A stretch of DNA of 64,000 bases from Vicugna vicugna (lineage: Eukaryota). Below the pieces are notes generated by a model, which was not told the origin of the DNA, ran no database searches, and saw only the letters and a list, made by a program, of their open reading frames with translations. Shown piece after piece: positions 57,801 through 64,000 of the stretch (positions within the stretch are counted from its first letter, which is position 1; each line of letters starts with the position of its first letter). The translations under genes were made by a program, and so were the position numbers. Location: contig MU060042.1 in the NCBI GenBank assembly GCA_013265495.1, forward strand, positions 4,708,258 to 4,772,257, read 5' to 3'.

Positions 57801-60265
57801 GCGGACCCGGGTCCTGCAGCGCTGAAGCATCTGTCTGTTGGCTTGTGCTCGGTGTCATCCTCTTGGTCCAAAGGGAGCCTGTTGTTTGGACATTAGTCAC
57901 CTGCACACACAGTCAGATGGTCCTTTCTCCTGGATTCTCGGCCTTTTCCTGATGGTGGAAAAGCAGGGGGCAGGGAGAGAAGCTGGCCCAGCTGCTGGCG
58001 TCCCCCGACGACCACTTAGCTTCCGCGTCAGGGAACTGACCCCGATGCTTCCCAGGAGCCCGCGGGACCCGCACAGTTTATCGGGAGCAGGGAAGTGTGG
58101 TGCCCGGAGAAACTCAGCCCTTGTCCCCTGGGCCGGCTGTCCCGGGCTAGGAGAGCCAACTCCTGGTGTGGGTTCAGGGCCGCCTGCCCCAACCAGCCGC
58201 CCTCACAGACCCAGGGATCTAGCCACCTCGATGCGATGCTGGTGATTCTAAGAGAAGTGTGTCCACGATCACAATATCTGACCCTCTCCTCAGGGAAGAC
58301 TGGTCCGGGGTTTCGAGAGTTAGAGATGGGAGGTCAGGAGGCAGCAGAGGAGGGACGCAGCCTGTGCGGAAGAGAGGTTTGTCTGTTTTCAGGCTTTCTG
58401 CCCTCCCCCCTCCCCCACCGGCCTTCTGCTCACTTACAGCAAAGCGTAGACCGGTGGGAGTCAGGGAGCCAGAGAAACCCAAGGGCACGCAGGGCAGTGA
58501 CTCCAGCCAGGACTTCCTGGTCCCGGACTCATGTCACTCTTACTTACCCCCCCCACCCCATATTACTTAAAGTTCAGGCCATCCTGGGTCCCATTTGGAT
58601 GCCGGTTTTAGTATCACAAACGGCTTCTCCTGCCAAATGTATCTGCGTTTTCCCAGGTGACTGGGATGCTGGAAGACTGGGTCTTGTGCCCTGCACACAG
58701 CAGTGAAGGCTGGGTGTTGGGGAGTCCAGGCCCCCTGGAAACAGCAGTGTTCTCTTTCATGCTGTGCAGAAACTTCACACAGGCCAACAGTGCTCTCTGC
58801 AAAGGTCATGTTCACCAAGCTCCAGTTAAAAACTCTTTTTAAAGATTTATGAAATCCCACCATGCATATATTTTGGCCCCAAATTCATGGGTACTTTGAG
58901 AAAAACATACATGAGGGAATAAGGAACACAATTTAATAAAGCGATGGGTGGGCATTTGGAAGGTCCAGTGTTAATGACATCCGGTCCTTCCTGCCCCAGG
59001 GAAGGACCCAGGATGGAGGAGCCAGGTGGGCGCTTCCCCTCGGAAGGGCAGGTCACATGTCACACGAAGGTGACCATGCATCTTTGGGCAAAATGACAGA
59101 GATTCATTTTGCTGATTAGAATTAAAAGGGGCTCTTTTGACAAGTGAAGGATAAATGATCCAAGCCTCACCGTCTCTTCAATGTCTCTGAGGAAGTCATC
59201 GGCCTCCCGTCCATCTCTCACCGCACGGTTCACGAGGACAGCAACCTTCGGCCTTTCATGTTGTAGCCAGAAGCACAAAGTTTAATGTGTGATACACACT
59301 CAGTGAACTTGTGTTCAGTCCAATTAAACTCCAAATTACCCAAACTAAAGGAAGTAAGTGAATTAATATAATTAAATTCCAGGAGATCAGACTACATGCA
59401 TTTTGGGTTTTTTAAAAATTCCTTCGTCAACAGATTTCCCTTTTGCTTAGAAGAGACCTGAGCTTCATTTTCATCTCTGGTTTGTAATGAACAGTTTCTG
59501 GTGATGGCCCCAGAGTAGACGATCCACTTGTACACTACTGAGGGTTGATTTACTGTAAATTCCAATTAATAATTAGACAGACTCTGCTGTGGTCACGATT
59601 GCAAGAGAATTAGGTGCATCATGAAATCCAGGAAGTACAACACAGAAAAGCTATGTAAACAAGGAAGATACTTGAGGGAGGCTTCTAGACAAGCACACAT
59701 GCATGTTCACACCCCCCCTTCCCCCCACAAAAGCCATTTGTCACCCCTTTTGATCCAGGAAAAAAAGAAAGGAAAGGAGATTCGTATGACTTTGGTTACA
59801 AAACAAACAAACAAATCTTCCACACATTTTTCTACCATCAATTTGTTCATAGTTTTTATACAAACGGTACACACATATACATAGTACTTTTCTTTACCAA
59901 TAGCTCCCTCATTTTATTAATAAAAATGAAAGCAGACAGCTTTCCGTAAGATCCAAGTCACTCAGCTACAGGAAAGTGCTCTGGATTCAGTGCACTTGCT
60001 GGGCAGGGTGTACACGTCCGACTGACACCGCCCTCCCACTCCAGCTGCTCCTAGGATTTCTGTTTCCCCGGGAGACCCCAGCCGAGAACGGCTTGTTTTC
60101 AACACCCCTGCTGCGCTCTCAGGGCTCGTCCGCGCTGACAAGCATATGGTTCACGAGGCAGGGCGGGCCGTGGAGCCCGGTGGGGTGGAAACAGGAAATG
60201 CGGTGGGAGCTGAGGCTGCACCCCCCACCCCGCCCCCGCGCTGGGAGCTGAGGCGGCGCTGCCCT

Positions 60266-60282
60266 CTAGCGCCCCCTGCCCG
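60266..60282 (-). promoter_or_regulatory. CTCF-like motif
   Basis: The minus strand reads CGGGCAGGGGGCGCTAG, against consensus CC(A/G)(C/G)(C/T)AG(G/A)(G/T)GGC(G/A)C(T/C)A. There is one core mismatch. Confidence 0.55.
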
Positions 60283-60349
60283 CTGCCCCCTCCATCACAC
60301 GCACTTTACTGCCCTGGTGGAGAAGCGTCCTTTCTGCTGAGAACAGCTC

Positions 60350-60755
60350 ACCGCTGGGGGTGCACTGTGACCCCAGAAAGCCTTGTCCCGCTCCTACCAG
60401 GTGCCTGCGATGGGACCTTTTTCGGAAACAGGATCTTTGCAGGTGTGATCGAGTTGAGATGAGGTCCCTGGGGTGGCCCCAGTCCAACACCACGGGTGTC
60501 CTCCCAAGACAGACAGGAGGAGTGAGGTGGAGGGGAGGCGGGACCTGGGCCATGAGGCCACATGCCAGGGCGCTGGGGCCACTGGAGCCAGGAAGACGCA
60601 GGAAGGACCCTGCCCCGGAGGCTCAGGGGCGCGCCGGCCCTCGCACACCTCGACGTCAGACTTCGGCTCCAGGACTGCAGGAGAGCAGTTTCTGTTGTTT
60701 TCAGCTACCTGGTTTGTGGTACTTGGAGATGGCGGTCCTAGGAGACAAACTAACG
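60350..60755 (+). mobile_element. MaLR solo LTR (MLT1B/C-like)
   Basis: GGAAACAGGATCTTTGCAGGTGTGATCGAGTTGAGATGAGGTC...GGAGCCAGGAAGACGCAGGAAGGACCC...TTTCTGTTGTTTTCAGCTACCTGGTTTGTGGTACTT...GACAAACTAAC. Confidence 0.85.
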
Positions 60756-63700
60756 AGGTCACAGAAAGAAAAACAGGGCCAGATTCACTTTCAAAAGGTG
60801 GAAATGGACCACCCGATGACAGAGCACCAGGCAGCAAGTGCTAGAGGGGGGTGCTTACCATTCAGCGTGGAGGGAAGTGGGTGTCCGCGGGCCTTACACA
60901 CACCGGCTCATGTCGTCTTGAAGCACCAGCGGACGAGTACTTTGTTACCTCCCGTGGGCGAGCAGGCAGGCCCGGAAGACGCAGGGAGGCGTCGTGGACA
61001 GGACAGAGACAGGAGGTGTCACGAGGACGTGCCGGAGGGGACGCCCCGGGCACCGCTGGTGGGACGCATCCCCAGCTCCTGCCTGATTGCCGGCCTGAGG
61101 GCCCAGCCCTACGAAGTTTAGACCCACCAGCCCTCTCCCTCCGTGATCCAGTTCTCGAAAGAAATCGCTTGGCAGGGGACAGAGATGCCCGCCTCCCATC
61201 GGTCCTATTTCTCTGAAGACCCCTGACTAGTACGCCTCCCCCCACACCAGGGGCTAACCCCACGCCATGCTGGACAGCTGCTGCAGGGCTAAAGGTCTGT
61301 GAATGTGTTCGGATGTGCCGTCTTAGCTGGTGGATCATTAAATCAGGCCTTAACCCCAGGGTCCTAAACAAACTGCCTGAGTGACTCAAGCAACCAGAAG
61401 CAACAGGACAGCTTTTCTCCAGTAAACCTCAGCTCTGGCTCCGACGGCCTCTGACTGATGGGCTGAGTCCCCGCACCCGATCACGGGGAAGCTCGGCTGA
61501 CGGGAGGTGCTAGTCAGGTCTACGCCGTGTCTTCACAGCAGCATCCAGGGCAGTGCTGGGACTCCGGGACGCCCCGGCCTAGACAAGGACGCTTCCCGGT
61601 GCCGGGGGCACTGACAGTGTCGCAGGAGAGAATCGCAGGACTTGTGCAGCCTGTCTTGACCACCGTGGATTTCCGAATGTCACTGACCAAAGTTGTACAT
61701 GGTCCCTTTTTCCTAACAGCTTTTAGAGTTGAAATGCAATTTAATGTTTAACTTATATTGCCGGAGGACAAACATACAAATGTTAGAATGTGTTTTTCCT
61801 TTGTCTCTGACTCTTTATGAACTTGAAGAAAGAATTGCCTTTAGGAGAGACATCTGGATGCTTTTAAGAAGCAGCGTTTGGAGGAGCTGAAAGATAAAGG
61901 ACTCTGCAGAGGCCTCGGAGATGTGTGTGCCTGACTCTGGGGAGCGATGCGTTTTCTGTGCTAATGTGTGCCTCTGATCTTCCTTAAAATGCCTAATTAC
62001 TCTTCCCTTGGAGGGATGCAATCAGTTTTCTGTTGACTGTTACAAAAAATATACATAAAAAGCCGAATTTCAAATGTTGTTCCACAAAAATTATTGAATT
62101 ATCGCCGGCCTGTTGTGAAAATTCATATGAGATAGGTGGTGATGTGCAGTTCTGAAGCCCTGCCTTGGCGGATGCAATAACAGCCAGCTTTATGAAAAAT
62201 TCAGCTTATTCATCTCTGCGACATACACTTCGACAGCCAGAGTGCAGCCAAGGTCAGCTGTCCACGAAGGCAGACTGTGGTTTGAACTTGGAGGCGTTTG
62301 AAAGGCCCTCTCATGCCTTCCTAATGAGAGCGATTTTCTACTGGCTGATGATGGAAATGCCAGCATTCTAACATCCTAACTTTATTTCAAAGCTTTCATT
62401 CTGAGAAAATGCAAGCCACCAGGAGAGGTAAATGACAGGAGGCTCTTCACTGTTTTCATTCTGGATGCCTGGGTTTCGGGTCCTCCCTGATCCGACTTCA
62501 CGAGGACAGAGGAAAGCTCGGGGTGGCCCAGCTCTTGGGGTGCCGGTGTGGGGGCAGGCTCCACGTGGGGTCACTGTGCTGCCTGCAGTCTTTTGTCCTG
62601 CATCCCAGTTAGATCCAGAATAGACCTGACCGCAAATGCTTTTAAAAATGTAAAAAAAACCCTTAGTGTAATGTATGTGACATGAAGGTGCTAAGGGGTC
62701 AAAGACTAACTGCAGGCTCTAGGAAGGTCTGGAAACTGGGGGCGGGTCCAGAGGGGGGGGTGCCATGGAGTAAGGGTGGAGAGGTGAGGGGAGGGAAGAC
62801 CACTGAGGTTCAGAGCTCTGACGTTACACTGGAGATAATGCTTAGCTAATAAAAAGTTACAGGGGAGGCAGGATGAGGTTGTATTTGCAGGGAAATACGT
62901 AATAACTTCTAAATACTTACATACACAACGGAAGAAAACATCCAGTTCTGCTGGTACCTGGGGTTCCGCAGACGACGGTGGATCCAGCTGCCTGCTGCGC
63001 TGGATCCCCACCCCCACCCCCGGCCTGGCCTCACCAGGTCCGGCCTGGCCCCTGGACCGCCCGGCTGATCGGCCAAGAGCAGCGGGGGGGAGGAAGACGC
63101 ACCTCCCCCAGGTGTAGCTCTTCCTCGGCCTAGGGAAGCCCTACCACGACCGGCTCTGGTGGTGACAGGTATGCAGGGATACAGGGTGGCCCCGCATGGC
63201 AGGTGAAGGCGAAACGGTAAGGTGCAGCCGTCCTCTCTGCAGGCCAGGCCCAGGCAGGGGCCCTTTCTGAGTGGAAATTAATCCCAGAGTCAATTTTCTT
63301 TGGCTTCACGGTTCATGGTCCAGTTAAGGGTACCTGATACAGGGTCCTTGCATCTAGCTTGGAGCTAGTTCAAGTCAAGTCTGTTCCAGTGTGTGTAATC
63401 CCCGGGCTGCAAGTCATGGGGCATCTGATATTCACCCAAGGATGGATTACTGAGCTTCAGAAACGAACCTAGAATGTCCTTTTAATAATTCAATTAAACT
63501 TGGCAATAATAAAACAGCAAGGAATGGGCTGAGAATTGAGTCTTAGTAAACACAGACCTCAATTAACAAAACTAGAATTTAATATTCACTGAAACATACT
63601 CTTTTTCTCTCCATAATTACCCTCATTTAAAATCAAATATAGCCAAATAAAGATTGATTGATTGTATATATACAAAAAAGAAGAACTGGTAGGGGAGGCC

Positions 63701-64000
63701 CATCTGGAGGGAGGAGAGGAGGGGCCGTCTGCAAGATGGAGGGGGCGGGGGTGGTCGCCTGGCCCAGAGCAAAAGAAAACACAGACGCGTTTTCAAGAAA
63801 TGCCCACTCCCCTGGGGGGCCAGCTGCATTACAGCCTTTGTTTCTAGGTCATTCATCCCTGTCTTTTCCGAAAACCCTGTTTGACCTGCGCGAATTTGAG
63901 TGACTTTCTGATTCCCCCACCCAGCAATCCTGAATTAGTCAGAAAATGCCTGGAGACCCTTTGCGTGTGAAACGGGAAAACAAAAATAGAAAAAAGAGGA

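Overview
Mammalian genomic DNA, not prokaryotic. It contains the 5' part of the Golli-MBP (myelin basic protein) gene on the minus strand. The order along the gene is: a CpG-island promoter with non-coding exon 1 (~57.1-57.3 kb), Golli coding exon 2 (36090-36165), Golli exon 3 (24006-24093), and composite exon 5 (2635-3071). Exon 5 encodes the end of the Golli domain and also holds the classic MBP promoter and first coding exon. The spliced exons give an intact 133-aa Golli domain fused in frame to 59 aa of classic MBP. Read-through past the donor adds VSSEE-stop, giving a 197-aa BG21/HOG5-type isoform. The remaining classic exons lie beyond the left edge. tRNA-derived SINEs resembling the camelid vic-1 family, plus a pig-like rather than cattle-like MBP N-terminus, suggest a camelid (inference). 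The rest is GC-rich intron with MaLR (MLT1) LTRs, L1 remnants, MIRs, simple repeats and two N gaps. Almost all other ORFs in the supplied track are GC-content artefacts. I did not find a new multi-gene system. The most interesting signals are regulatory or lineage-specific: a near-perfect NFI site written into Golli codons, a start-stop AUGUGA overlapping the MBP start codon, a Gly-to-Ala change in a conserved MBP motif, a (TGGA)-like repeat where human has its polymorphic repeat, candidate SOX10-dimer enhancers (one with a 34-bp quasi-palindrome), telomere-variant GGGTCA arrays, CTCF-like motifs, and candidate internal promoters. Comparisons with human, mouse, pig and cattle are from memory and were not aligned.
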